Source: Deltaproteobacteria bacterium (GTDB lineage Bacteria; SAR324; NAC60-12). From it: DNA of 31,503 nt. The notes under the pieces were generated by a model. It did no database searches. It was not told the origin of the DNA and saw only the letters and a program-made list of their open reading frames with translations. This document shows, piece after piece, positions 1 to 7,747 of this stretch. Made by a program: the position numbers and the translations under genes. Where the stretch lies: assembly GCA_038150265.1 (NCBI GenBank), contig JAYOTF010000039.1:1-31503 (forward strand), in the 5' to 3' direction. Position 1 is the first letter of the stretch; each line of letters starts with the position of its first letter.

Positions 1-152
1 ACTGTTCAGCAGAGAAGCTCAGGCGGCGAACTCAAGGGGGAGTTCTTTTCCGAGAAAGAGGCTTTCGAACGTCAAGCATCAGGCTCAACATAGGCCGCGT
101 CCGCGCGGGTCATGTTGTGGCCCTGGATGCTCTTGTTGGCCTGTTCGATCTT
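1..152 (-). mobile_element. Possible insertion-sequence remnant (frameshifted transposase-like C-terminus plus terminal-repeat-like end), tentatively IS66/ISBst12-like
   Basis: The minus strand reads KIEQANKSIQGHNMTRADAAYVEPDA* (152-72) and, in another frame, LTFESLFLGKELPLEFAA* (75-19). Both have coding-like GC-rich third positions and neither has a convincing start. They are followed by GCTGAACAGT at the window edge, which I recall as resembling the ...CTGAACAGTTAC ends of IS66-type elements. The family call is from memory and was not searched. Confidence 0.3.
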
Positions 153-274
153 TTGACTGGAGATTTTCGCTCGTATGACTCAAACGCCTTGTCAGGCAAT
201 CAGAGGGCGATACTTATGACTGGAGATTCGCGCTCGTATGACTCAAACGTTTTGTCGTTTTGTCAGGCAACCAG
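146..274. repeat. Imperfect tandem duplication of a ~60-nt unit
   Basis: 154-186 TGACTGGAGATTTTCGCTCGTATGACTCAAACG vs 217-249 TGACTGGAGATTCGCGCTCGTATGACTCAAACG match at 31/33 with period 63. Similarity extends left (CGAT(A)CTT) and right (TTGTCAGGCAA at 189-199 and 260-270). Confidence 0.9.
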
Positions 275-555
275 CCTGATTGACAGACAACAGAGGTTAT
301 GCCTAGTGAAATTTTTGAAAACATAGCACTCGACATAAAGAGTGTCAACCCCCATTTCCATGCCTCATGTCCCCTAATCGAACATCCATCAATTGGCAAA
401 ATTGGAACACCCGTTTTGAGCACTCAACGCGCCTTTAAATGGGACAAAAATTTTACCGATTTCCCCTTTAAAATACGGTAGTTGAGGGATACCCGGGACA
501 AAAACCAGGGGACGAGAGAGGGAGGAGATTGGAGCAGAAGGGGAGAGGGCGAGCC

Positions 556-581
556 GCGCAAAGCGTGGAGACGCTCTGCGC
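556..581 (-). terminator. Hairpin just downstream of the nagA stop, followed on the minus strand by a C-rich, G-poor tract (possible terminator or Rho-loading region)
   Basis: GCGCAAAGCGT-GGAG-ACGCTCTGCGC stem-loop lies 6 nt past the stop at 588. The plus strand at ~505-550 is almost all purines. There is no clean U-tract. Confidence 0.35.
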
Positions 582-587
582 AGTGCC

Positions 588-1610
588 TCAGTTGACTGAG
601 ACGGTCCAGTCGCCGAGGGTGACTGAGGTCAGGTCAGGACCCGTTGGGCCAAGGGTCCAGGTCAGGTGTTCAGGAAGGGGAGCGACAGGTGGCAGGCCAA
701 GGAGTGCCTTGGGCTGGGTGGAGGCCCAGCTGACGGCTTCTTCAAGAGGGACCTCAAACCAGTTCACCACGTTCCGGACGCACGCGGAAAGGGTAATCGC
801 GGAGCCAGCGGGGCTGGAGGTTCCGGGCAGCACCACTTTCGGTGCTTCCAGGCGTTCGATGGCAACCGGTCCCAGGCGGTAGAGCCCCGGAGGCGCAGCA
901 CATCCGGCCGTCCCATCTGTTACCAAAATGGTCCGAGCCGATTGCTTGGCCCGGAGGTAGATGCCCAACACCGACGCCGGAATGTGAAAGCCGTCGGCAA
1001 TGAAGCTGGCCTGAAGGCCGTCTTCCGCGAGCTGATGGAAGACCGGGTTGCCGGACTTCTGGAGCAGCTGCACGGTTCCGTTTCCGAGGTGAGTGGAGAG
1101 GGTTGCGCCCGCGGCTGTGGCTTCGCGGACCTGCTCCAGGCTTGGGTTGCAGTGTCCGAGCGCCACCGTGACGCCCTGCTCCCGCCACTTTGGAATCAGG
1201 GCCATCACCCCAGGTTGTTCGGGCGCCACCGTGATCAGGCGGATGCGCCCCCCGGCCGCCTCCTGCAGGCGCTCAAAGTGGTCCCATGTGGCCGGGGTCA
1301 TGTGTTCTGCCGGGTGCACCCCCCGGTAGCCTTCTTCCGGATTGAGGAAGGGGCCTTCGAGGTGGTAGCCGGGCACCATCGCCTGAGCCAACGGGGACGC
1401 GGCGCGGGCGGCCTCCAGGGCACGCAGGCAGGCGGCCTGGTGCAGCTCACTGCTGGTAATCACCGTCGGCAGGCACCCCGTCACCCCAGTCTGCAGCATC
1501 ACCTGCAGAGACGCCTCAAACGCGTCAGGCGTGAGCGCGGCATCGTTGTAATCGACCCCGGCAAAGCCATTGACCTGGAGGTCGAAGAGCCCCGGCGTGG
1601 AGACCGTCAC
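588..1610 (-). CDS. nagA: N-acetylglucosamine-6-phosphate deacetylase (amidohydrolase family)
   Basis: Motifs DLQVNG, HLEGPF..GVHP, ITVAPE, LGH, THLGNG, IADGFH and LVTD. GTGA overlap with the upstream GFA gene. Confidence 0.85.
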   Translation of the reverse strand: MTVSTPGLFDLQVNGFAGVDYNDAALTPDAFEASLQVMLQTGVTGCLPTVITSSELHQAACLRALEAARAASPLAQAMVPGYHLEGPFLNPEEGYRGVHPAEHMTPATWDHFERLQEAAGGRIRLITVAPEQPGVMALIPKWREQGVTVALGHCNPSLEQVREATAAGATLSTHLGNGTVQLLQKSGNPVFHQLAEDGLQASFIADGFHIPASVLGIYLRAKQSARTILVTDGTAGCAAPPGLYRLGPVAIERLEAPKVVLPGTSSPAGSAITLSACVRNVVNWFEVPLEEAVSWASTQPKALLGLPPVAPLPEHLTWTLGPTGPDLTSVTLGDWTVSVN

Positions 1611-2017
1611 TGCTTCCCCCTCTCAAACTGAGCCGTCTCCGGATCCAGCGGTGTGCAGGAAAAGGCTCGGGAGGTCCAGACGTTGAACTGCGGCTTGAGC
1701 CACTCCGGATCCTCCAGAGAGCCGGCATAGACCGAGACCACGCCCTCGCGTCGGGAGTTGCTGCCAAAGAGCAAGGAGCCGCAGTCGGGACAAAAGGCCT
1801 TCGTCATCTGGCTGCCGCTGTCTGCCACATGCTCAAAACGCTTCGGTGTTCCGGAAAGCAGCTCAAACTGAGCCTCCTTGAAAAACGCGATGGTCGCATA
1901 ACTCGCTCCCGTGGCTCGCTTGCAGTCGCTGCAGTGACAGTTTCCCTGCATGGCTGGCTCGCCGGTGACCTGAAACGTGATGGTGCCACACAGGCACTGT
2001 CCCTGAGTTTTCGTCAT
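1607..2017 (-). CDS. GFA/CENP-V family zinc-binding protein
   Basis: GQCLCG...CHCSDC...FCPDCGS cysteine pattern. ATG at 2017 is preceded by a GGAGA RBS (the ORF track starts at 2035). Confidence 0.9.
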   Translation of the reverse strand: MTKTQGQCLCGTITFQVTGEPAMQGNCHCSDCKRATGASYATIAFFKEAQFELLSGTPKRFEHVADSGSQMTKAFCPDCGSLLFGSNSRREGVVSVYAGSLEDPEWLKPQFNVWTSRAFSCTPLDPETAQFERGKQ

Positions 2018-2068
2018 GGTTGCTTCTCCAGTCAAGGTGACGGCCCCTGTGGGCCAGAATGCATTGGC

Positions 2069-2839
2069 TCAAGGCCAGTTGTAATCAATGATCAGCGGGG
2101 CATGGTCTGAAAACCGGGGCTCGCGATGAATGGACTCCGCCACCGCCTGCGCAGCAATTCCGGGGGTTGCGATCTGGTAGTCGATGCGCCACCCGACGTT
2201 CTTGGCCCACGCCTGCCCGCGGTTCGACCACCAGGTAAACTGGTCCGGATGCGGGTTGAGCTGGCGGAACACGTCCACCCAGCCCAGCTCGTCAAAGAGC
2301 CTGGTCAGCCAGGCCCGCTCCTCTGGCAGAAACCCGGAGTTTTTCTGGTTGCCCTTCCAGTTCTTGAGGTCCACCTCCTGGTGCGCAATGTTCCAGTCCC
2401 CACAGATGATGCACTCCCGCCCTGTCTTCTGGAACTCCACCATCCACTGCTCCAGGCGGTCCATGGTTTCGTACTTGAACTGCTGCCGTTCGTCCTTGCT
2501 GGTTCCGGAGGGCAGGTAGAGGGAGACCACGCTCAGGTTCCCCCAATCGGCTCGGAGGAACCGCCCCTCGGCATCAAAGGCGTCCCAGCCCAGGCCCGTT
2601 TGCCACGCATCCGGGGCCTGACGCGTCAGGAGCGACACTCCGGAGTACCCGGGCTTTTCGGCAAAGTGAAACCGCCCCGTCAGCCCCCCGGGCGCCTGCA
2701 TGGCGTCGGTCAGCTGATGAGCCTGAATGCGGGTTTCCTGAAGGCAAAGGACGTCAGCCTGTTGCGCGTCCATCCACTCCAGGAAGCCCTTGCGCGTTGC
2801 CGCACGGAGTCCGTTGCAGTTGAGGGTGATGACCTTCAT
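2069..2839 (-). CDS. xth: Exodeoxyribonuclease III (AP endonuclease)
   Basis: Motifs LNCNGLR, LCLQET, GYSGV, YLPSG, CGDWNIAH, SGFLPEER, GWRIDY and SDHAP. Confidence 0.95.
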   Translation of the reverse strand: MKVITLNCNGLRAATRKGFLEWMDAQQADVLCLQETRIQAHQLTDAMQAPGGLTGRFHFAEKPGYSGVSLLTRQAPDAWQTGLGWDAFDAEGRFLRADWGNLSVVSLYLPSGTSKDERQQFKYETMDRLEQWMVEFQKTGRECIICGDWNIAHQEVDLKNWKGNQKNSGFLPEERAWLTRLFDELGWVDVFRQLNPHPDQFTWWSNRGQAWAKNVGWRIDYQIATPGIAAQAVAESIHREPRFSDHAPLIIDYNWP

Positions 2840-3534
2840 GAAAGGAGGGGGAGGGATTTTTTGAGGGTGGCCGTGAAGTTGAGGGAGACCAGGAACTTCT
2901 GGTTTTCGGCGAGGCCGGTGTAGCCCTTGAGGACCATCAGGCTCTTCTCGACCTTGGTGCCCGGGAAGCGCTTGATCGTCTGGATGATTTCCTCGCGGAT
3001 TTCTCCGCCCTTGAAGACGTGCAGGAGCGCCTCCGGTTTACGCAGGTTGGTGGTCCAGAACACCAGGTCCTCCAGCGGCGCGACGGCTCGGGCGGTGACC
3101 ACGTCAAAGCGCTGGCGCCAGGGCCGGACCTTTCCCAGCTCCTCGCCACGGCCCACCACGGTCTGAGCGTTCTTGAGCTGCAGGGCATCGATCATCTCCT
3201 GCACCACGGAAATCTTCTTCTGCCGAGAGTCCAGCAGCGTCACCCGCAGGTCCGGACGCGCAATTGCCAGCAGCAGCCCGGGCAGGCCGCCTCCGGTTCC
3301 GAAGTCACACAGGTCCGCCCCTTCCGGAAGGTCCCGCAGCGCCACCAGGGCCAGGCAGGGCAGGGCATGGCGCTCCCACAGCAGGTGCGCCTCCTTGCGG
3401 GAGATCAGGTTGACCTTGTGGTTGATCTCCTGAATCAGGGTCGCCCACTGTTCCAGCAGGGCCCACTGCGGGTCAGCAATGGCAAAACCGTTTCGGTCCA
3501 GTACCTGCCGGACCTCATCAGGAGTCAGGCCCAC
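2836..3534 (-). CDS. rsmG: 16S rRNA m7G527 methyltransferase
   Basis: NLIS, ERH, SAM motif DFGTGGGLPG, LLDSRQKK, GRGEE, FDVVTARAVA and FKG. ATGA overlap with xth. Confidence 0.92.
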   Translation of the reverse strand: MGLTPDEVRQVLDRNGFAIADPQWALLEQWATLIQEINHKVNLISRKEAHLLWERHALPCLALVALRDLPEGADLCDFGTGGGLPGLLLAIARPDLRVTLLDSRQKKISVVQEMIDALQLKNAQTVVGRGEELGKVRPWRQRFDVVTARAVAPLEDLVFWTTNLRKPEALLHVFKGGEIREEIIQTIKRFPGTKVEKSLMVLKGYTGLAENQKFLVSLNFTATLKKSLPLLS

Positions 3535-3563
3535 GGGTTCAGGAGGAGGGGTTGGGGAAGCAG

Positions 3564-4412
3564 TCAGATCAGCTCACTTGGAGGAAGGTTGGCGGTTGGG
3601 TTCTGGGCAGCCACGGCAGCAGCCTGGTGTCCCACTTTTTTCGAGGCCTGCTGCTTGATCCGTCCGGAGTGCCCCAGGATCAGGTTCCGGCCGGACTCCT
3701 GAAAGCTGAGAATGGGCGCCGAGAACCCGAAGTGCTGGGGCCCCCGGACCACCTGGCAGAGCAGCTCCCGGGCTCCTGCCGGAAACTCAAACCCGTCCGG
3801 AAGCTCGGCCAGCCAGCAGACTTCATGGTTGTCCAGCACCGAGGTCCGGAAGGTGAAGGCCTTCTCTCCCTTGCCCAGGCGACAGTTGAGCGGAGTTCCG
3901 GGCTCCAGCATCCGGGTGTCATTGAACTCGTTCTGGACGTTGGAAAAGCCAAAACCGAGCGCCACCCGCAGGGAGTAGAGGGTGGTCAGGTCCGGATCCC
4001 CTCCGTCCCGCTCCTCTCGGAAGCGCTGGGCCGCGTCTTCGAACTTCTGGCGGGTCTTGGCGTAATGCAGCTGCGTGCGGGCATTCGGGCCTGCCAGTTG
4101 CTGCAGGAGGGCCTTCTGCGCAGGGGAGATTTCCAGTGCTCCCAGGAAGGTGTCGAGGTCCATGGACGCCCGCTTCTCACTCAGGTTCCGCAGACGCTGC
4201 ATGCGGGTCCGGCGCCGGTACCACACCAACCCGGAAATGAGGAGCGCCATGAGCACCGCCAGGGCGGCGAGGTAGGGGAGCAGCTGCTGCAGCTGCCAGA
4301 GGTTCTGCATGGGACGAGGCCGGAAGTCCTGCACCTCAATCTTGGGATCCGCGCCCAGGCTCAAAAGCGCAAGCAGAAGAAACGTCAGACGAACCAGGAG
4401 AGACGAATGCAT
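3564..4412 (-). CDS. Membrane-anchored hypothetical protein with a flagellar-brake/PilZ-N-like C-terminal domain
   Basis: N-terminal signal-like segment, a second TM helix followed by RRR, a helical domain, then DTRMLEPG..FRTSVL..FGFSAPIL..LILGHS. This resembles the N-terminal portion of membrane-anchored PilZ proteins (recognition by eye). Confidence 0.5.
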   Translation of the reverse strand: MHSSLLVRLTFLLLALLSLGADPKIEVQDFRPRPMQNLWQLQQLLPYLAALAVLMALLISGLVWYRRRTRMQRLRNLSEKRASMDLDTFLGALEISPAQKALLQQLAGPNARTQLHYAKTRQKFEDAAQRFREERDGGDPDLTTLYSLRVALGFGFSNVQNEFNDTRMLEPGTPLNCRLGKGEKAFTFRTSVLDNHEVCWLAELPDGFEFPAGARELLCQVVRGPQHFGFSAPILSFQESGRNLILGHSGRIKQQASKKVGHQAAAVAAQNPTANLPPSELI

Positions 4413-4501
4413 GCTGAACCAATCAAAACAGGGTAACGTGACTCACACTTCTCTGTGGAAAAGCTCCTTTTTCTGCGCCGTTCCAAGAGCCAGAAGCGCC
4501 A

Positions 4502-4530
4502 ATCATACTCGGGCAGGTGGGGGGATTCAA
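4502..4530 (-). promoter_or_regulatory. Putative sigma70 promoter for the 4412-3564 gene and the downstream rsmG-xth-GFA-nagA block
   Basis: Minus strand TTGAAT (4530-4525), 17-nt spacer, TATGAT (4507-4502). Confidence 0.55.
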
Positions 4531-4580
4531 TCCTTTAGGGCCACCGCCGAGTCTTTCTTCAGAAAAACGCGTTTTCAGCG

Positions 4581-5000
4581 TCAGGCCAGGGCCACCACCG
4601 CTTCTGCCACCAGGGTCTGGGCCTGCGGGGTTTCGGCAAACAGCTCCACCCGGACGCGCTGCTCTCCCGCCTCCTCAAACTTTTCTGCCACCTTTCCGGT
4701 GCAGGTGACGGTGTCACCGATGTGAGTCATGGCCGTGAAGCGGGTCCGGTAGGTCCGGACCTGAGACTGCGGCACCCAGTTGGTGAGCATCCGGGCCAGG
4801 TAGCCCATGGACAGCATCCCGTGGGCAATGACGTCGTCCAGCCCTGCTGCTCGGGCATAATCGAGGTCCACATGGATGGGGTTGTGGTCTCCAGAGGCGC
4901 CACAGTAGAGCGCCAGGGTGTGTCGGGTAATCGGTTCGGTGGTCAGCGCCGGGAGCGCGTCTCCCACCTGCACCTCATCAAAAGTAGGCATACTCCTCAC
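4581..5000 (-). CDS. MaoC-family (R)-specific hydratase/dehydratase, catalytic hotdog subunit
   Basis: Catalytic motif ASGDHNPIH and IAHGML. Start is GTG 5000 or ATG 4991. Confidence 0.9.
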   Translation of the reverse strand: MRSMPTFDEVQVGDALPALTTEPITRHTLALYCGASGDHNPIHVDLDYARAAGLDDVIAHGMLSMGYLARMLTNWVPQSQVRTYRTRFTAMTHIGDTVTCTGKVAEKFEEAGEQRVRVELFAETPQAQTLVAEAVVALA

Positions 5001-5003
5001 GGC

Positions 5004-5450
5004 TCAAGCGTTACGAAAAACATAGTTGGTCCGGCTCTCGGCACAGAGCACCCCGTCCTGATTCGTCAGGGTGTTGTCGGAGATGACAAACTCCAGGGCG
5101 CCGTTCTTCTTGTCAAAGATCTCCGTCAGCGTCTTGACGAAGGTGATTTCGTCTCCGGCACAGATGGGCTGGTGGTAGGTGTAGCTTTGCTCGGCATGCA
5201 GGAGGCGCTTCAGGTCCTGCCCCAGCGCCTCACAGAAGGCCCGGAGGTCCAGGGCATCGGCCTCCAGCATGAACGGAAAGGTCGGCGGCGCCGGCAGGTT
5301 CCGGTATCCGGCGGCCTGAGCCACGGCCACATCGGTGTAAACCGGATCCGTCTGCCCCAACGCCTTGGCAACAAAGCGGAGCCGCCCGGCTTCCACCGGA
5401 AGCACAACCGGGTCAAAGCGGTGTCCTATGAGGTTCTTGTCAATCATCAT
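5004..5450 (-). CDS. MaoC dehydratase N-terminal-type hotdog subunit (HadA-like partner)
   Basis: Motifs VEAGRLRF, DPVY..A...GY..LPAPPTF and LLHAEQSYTYH. Likely start is ATG 5450 or 5447 (ORF track gives 5477). Confidence 0.88.
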   Translation of the reverse strand: MMIDKNLIGHRFDPVVLPVEAGRLRFVAKALGQTDPVYTDVAVAQAAGYRNLPAPPTFPFMLEADALDLRAFCEALGQDLKRLLHAEQSYTYHQPICAGDEITFVKTLTEIFDKKNGALEFVISDNTLTNQDGVLCAESRTNYVFRNA

Positions 5451-5696
5451 GCACTCAGTTGAAGCATCCGGAAGCACACGGGGCCTCCCAGATGGGTTGC
5501 TGCCTCAAGCCACCGGTCCAGGGGGCTCAGGCAAAAGAGGCTTAGCGTACACCGGTTTCCGGGGATGGTCCAGTTGCTTCCGGACGGAACGGCACGTTGG
5601 AGGATCCTCGGCGTTGAGCTTTGTGGGCGCCTTCACTAAGCTGAAGAGGAAACCCGTTTGCTGCCGGCCTCTTTCGCAGGCCCGACCTTCTCCCTC

Positions 5697-6440
5697 ATGA
5701 GCCCCATGCCGCTGACCCCTCCGTCTGACTGTGATGACACGTCCATCTGGAATTTTGCCATCGGCTCCAACCTGCATCCGGAGAAGCGACAGGGCCGGGC
5801 CAACCTCTGCATCGATGAGGTCGTCCCCGGAAAGTTGCAGGGCTGGCGGCTCGCCTTCAACCTCAAGAGCATCCGCTGGCTGGAGCCCTCCATGGCCGGC
5901 ATTGAGCCTGAGCCCAACAGCACCGTCCACGGCGTCCTGCTCCGGTTTCGGCCAGAGGAGTTTCAGAAGCTCGTGCAGAGCGAGGGAGACGGGCACGCCT
6001 ACACGCTGGAGGAGGTGGAGGTCGAGGCCTATGATGGCCGCCGCTTTCCAGCCAAGGCCTTCCGCGCCCTGCCGCACCGGACGCTTCCGGAAGACGTCCC
6101 GCCGTCGCTGCGGTACCTGAACATCATCCGGGAAGGCGCCCGCCTCAGTCAGTTGGACCCGGCCTACATCCAGTGGCTGGACGCCTTGCCTCATACCGAA
6201 AAGCCTCCGTGGCTGTGCTGGATTTCCCGGACGCTCATCTCGACGGTGATGTGGGTTGGGCGGCTCGGGTGCCCCAAGTGCGGGTCGCTGCTGCTGCGGG
6301 CTCTGCGGTGGGTGGATGAGCTTCCGGAGCCCCTGCATCTGCTCCGGGTGCCCTGCAATGTGCTGCTGCTGGCGCCCGTGCTGCTGCTGGGCAGCCTTCA
6401 CAACCTGTTTCAGACCCTCCGGCCGCAGCGCGACTGCTGA
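5697..6440 (+). CDS. Gamma-glutamylcyclotransferase-like protein with hydrophobic C-terminal extension
   Basis: WNFAIGSNL (cf. YFAYGSNL), GWRLAF, VHGVL, LVQSEG (catalytic Glu position) and PSLRYLNII..GA. Start uncertain (5658, 5697 or 5706). Confidence 0.8.
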   Translation: MSPMPLTPPSDCDDTSIWNFAIGSNLHPEKRQGRANLCIDEVVPGKLQGWRLAFNLKSIRWLEPSMAGIEPEPNSTVHGVLLRFRPEEFQKLVQSEGDGHAYTLEEVEVEAYDGRRFPAKAFRALPHRTLPEDVPPSLRYLNIIREGARLSQLDPAYIQWLDALPHTEKPPWLCWISRTLISTVMWVGRLGCPKCGSLLLRALRWVDELPEPLHLLRVPCNVLLLAPVLLLGSLHNLFQTLRPQRDC

Positions 6441-6443
6441 CCC

Positions 6444-7700
6444 TCAGGCGCCTGCTGGCGTTCGCTGCCCCAGGGGCACTTCCTTGACCGGGAGGTGCAC
6501 AATGGCAGAAAACGCGCCGACTCCCACGCCCACCCACCAGACCAGGTCATACGAGCCATAGAGGTCGTAGAAGATGCCTCCGAGCCACACCCCAAGGAAG
6601 CCCCCCAGCTGGTGGGAGAGGAAGACGATTCCATACAGCGTCCCCATGTACTTGAGGCCATAGATGTGGGCCACCAGCCCAGACGTCAGCGGCACCGTTG
6701 CCAGCCAGAGCGCCCCCATGGTCACCGAAAACAGCACCACTGAGTCCGGAGTCATCGGCAGCATGATGAAGAGCGCCGCCGCAATGGTCCGGCCCACGTA
6801 GATCAGCGAGAGCAGCCCCTTCTTGGAGTGATTCTTCCCCAGCGCCCCCGCGGTGATGGTGCCCACCAGGTTGGCCGCCCCAATCACGGCAATGGAGAAG
6901 GCGCCCAGCGCGGAAGTGGACGCCACGCCCATGCTCCGCAAGACGCTGTTTTGTGGAATCGTGCTGCACATCTCTGTCACAAACGCCGGAAAGTGCGCCG
7001 TAATGAAGGCCAGCTGGAAGCCACACGAGAAGAACCCGAGGAAGATCATCGTGTACGAAGGGTCACGGAAGGCCTTCTTGAGGACCTGCCCCATGCTCTC
7101 TTCAAGCTCCTTCCGGGTGGCCGGGGTGCCGCTATTGAGAAACGGCAGCACCACCAGCACGGCCAGGATCGCTACGGCAAACACGAAGAAGACTCCGGAC
7201 CAGTGCATGGACGAGAGCAGGAAGTCTGCTGTGGGAGGCCCGACAATCTGACCCGCTGAGCCCGCTGCGGTCGCAATGCCCAGGGCCAGGGAACGCTTCT
7301 CGTCTGAGGCCGCCCGTCCCACCACCGCCAGAATGACGCCAAAGCCGGTTCCGGCCACTCCAAAGCCCACCAGGACCTCCAGCAGCTGATGCGCGCCCGG
7401 GCTTTCGGCAAAGCCGCTCAGGATGAGGCCTGCGGCATACAGCACCGCCCCCAGGATGACCGCCAGGCGATCTCCAAACTTTTCCGCCAGGGCGCCAAAG
7501 AGCGGTTGCCCCACCCCCCACGCCAGGTTCTGGATGGCAATCGCCAGGGAGAACTCCGCGCGCGGCCAGTCAAACTCCTGAGCAATCGGAATCTGAAAGA
7601 CCCCAAAGCTTGCCCGGATGGCAAAGCCCACCAGGAGGATGAGGCACCCTGAAAACAAAACAGGGAGCAGCAGCCGGTCCGAAGACGGAGAAGCAGTCAT
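6444..7700 (-). CDS. MFS transporter
   Basis: About 12 hydrophobic helices; motif-A-like GALAEKFGDR; GFFSCGFQ, LWLATVPLT and SHQLGGFLG typical of a widespread MFS_1 subfamily. Confidence 0.92.
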   Translation of the reverse strand: MTASPSSDRLLLPVLFSGCLILLVGFAIRASFGVFQIPIAQEFDWPRAEFSLAIAIQNLAWGVGQPLFGALAEKFGDRLAVILGAVLYAAGLILSGFAESPGAHQLLEVLVGFGVAGTGFGVILAVVGRAASDEKRSLALGIATAAGSAGQIVGPPTADFLLSSMHWSGVFFVFAVAILAVLVVLPFLNSGTPATRKELEESMGQVLKKAFRDPSYTMIFLGFFSCGFQLAFITAHFPAFVTEMCSTIPQNSVLRSMGVASTSALGAFSIAVIGAANLVGTITAGALGKNHSKKGLLSLIYVGRTIAAALFIMLPMTPDSVVLFSVTMGALWLATVPLTSGLVAHIYGLKYMGTLYGIVFLSHQLGGFLGVWLGGIFYDLYGSYDLVWWVGVGVGAFSAIVHLPVKEVPLGQRTPAGA

Positions 7701-7747
7701 GAACGTGTCTCAACAACAGGAACGCCGGGAGCGGCGGAGGATGCGCG

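Noticed and set aside
19..75. Minus-strand peptide ending EFAA*, like a tmRNA tag, preceded by TGT-TGA-GCC-TGA-TGC (Sec-like)
   Set aside because: No tRNA-like domain or resume context for tmRNA, and no credible start or SECIS for a selenoprotein.
151..249. Two ~33-35-nt repeats ending in CAAAC with a ~30-nt gap, resembling a mini CRISPR array
   Set aside because: Only two copies, the supposed spacer is itself partly repeated (TTGTCAGGCAA, CGAT), and there are no cas genes in the window. Better explained as a tandem duplication.
117..481. Short ORFs 117-326, 214-423 and 299-481
   Set aside because: No RBS, atypical codon usage, and they run through the repeat and AT-rich DNA.
4515..4546. 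GGATTCAATCC resembling a tRNA T-arm
   Set aside because: No cloverleaf, D-arm or acceptor stem can be built, and it overlaps a plausible promoter.
5460..5690. Possible riboswitch in the MaoC/GGCT divergent intergenic region
   Set aside because: Only short GC-rich hairpins, partly due to TCCGGA copies, with no recognisable aptamer consensus.
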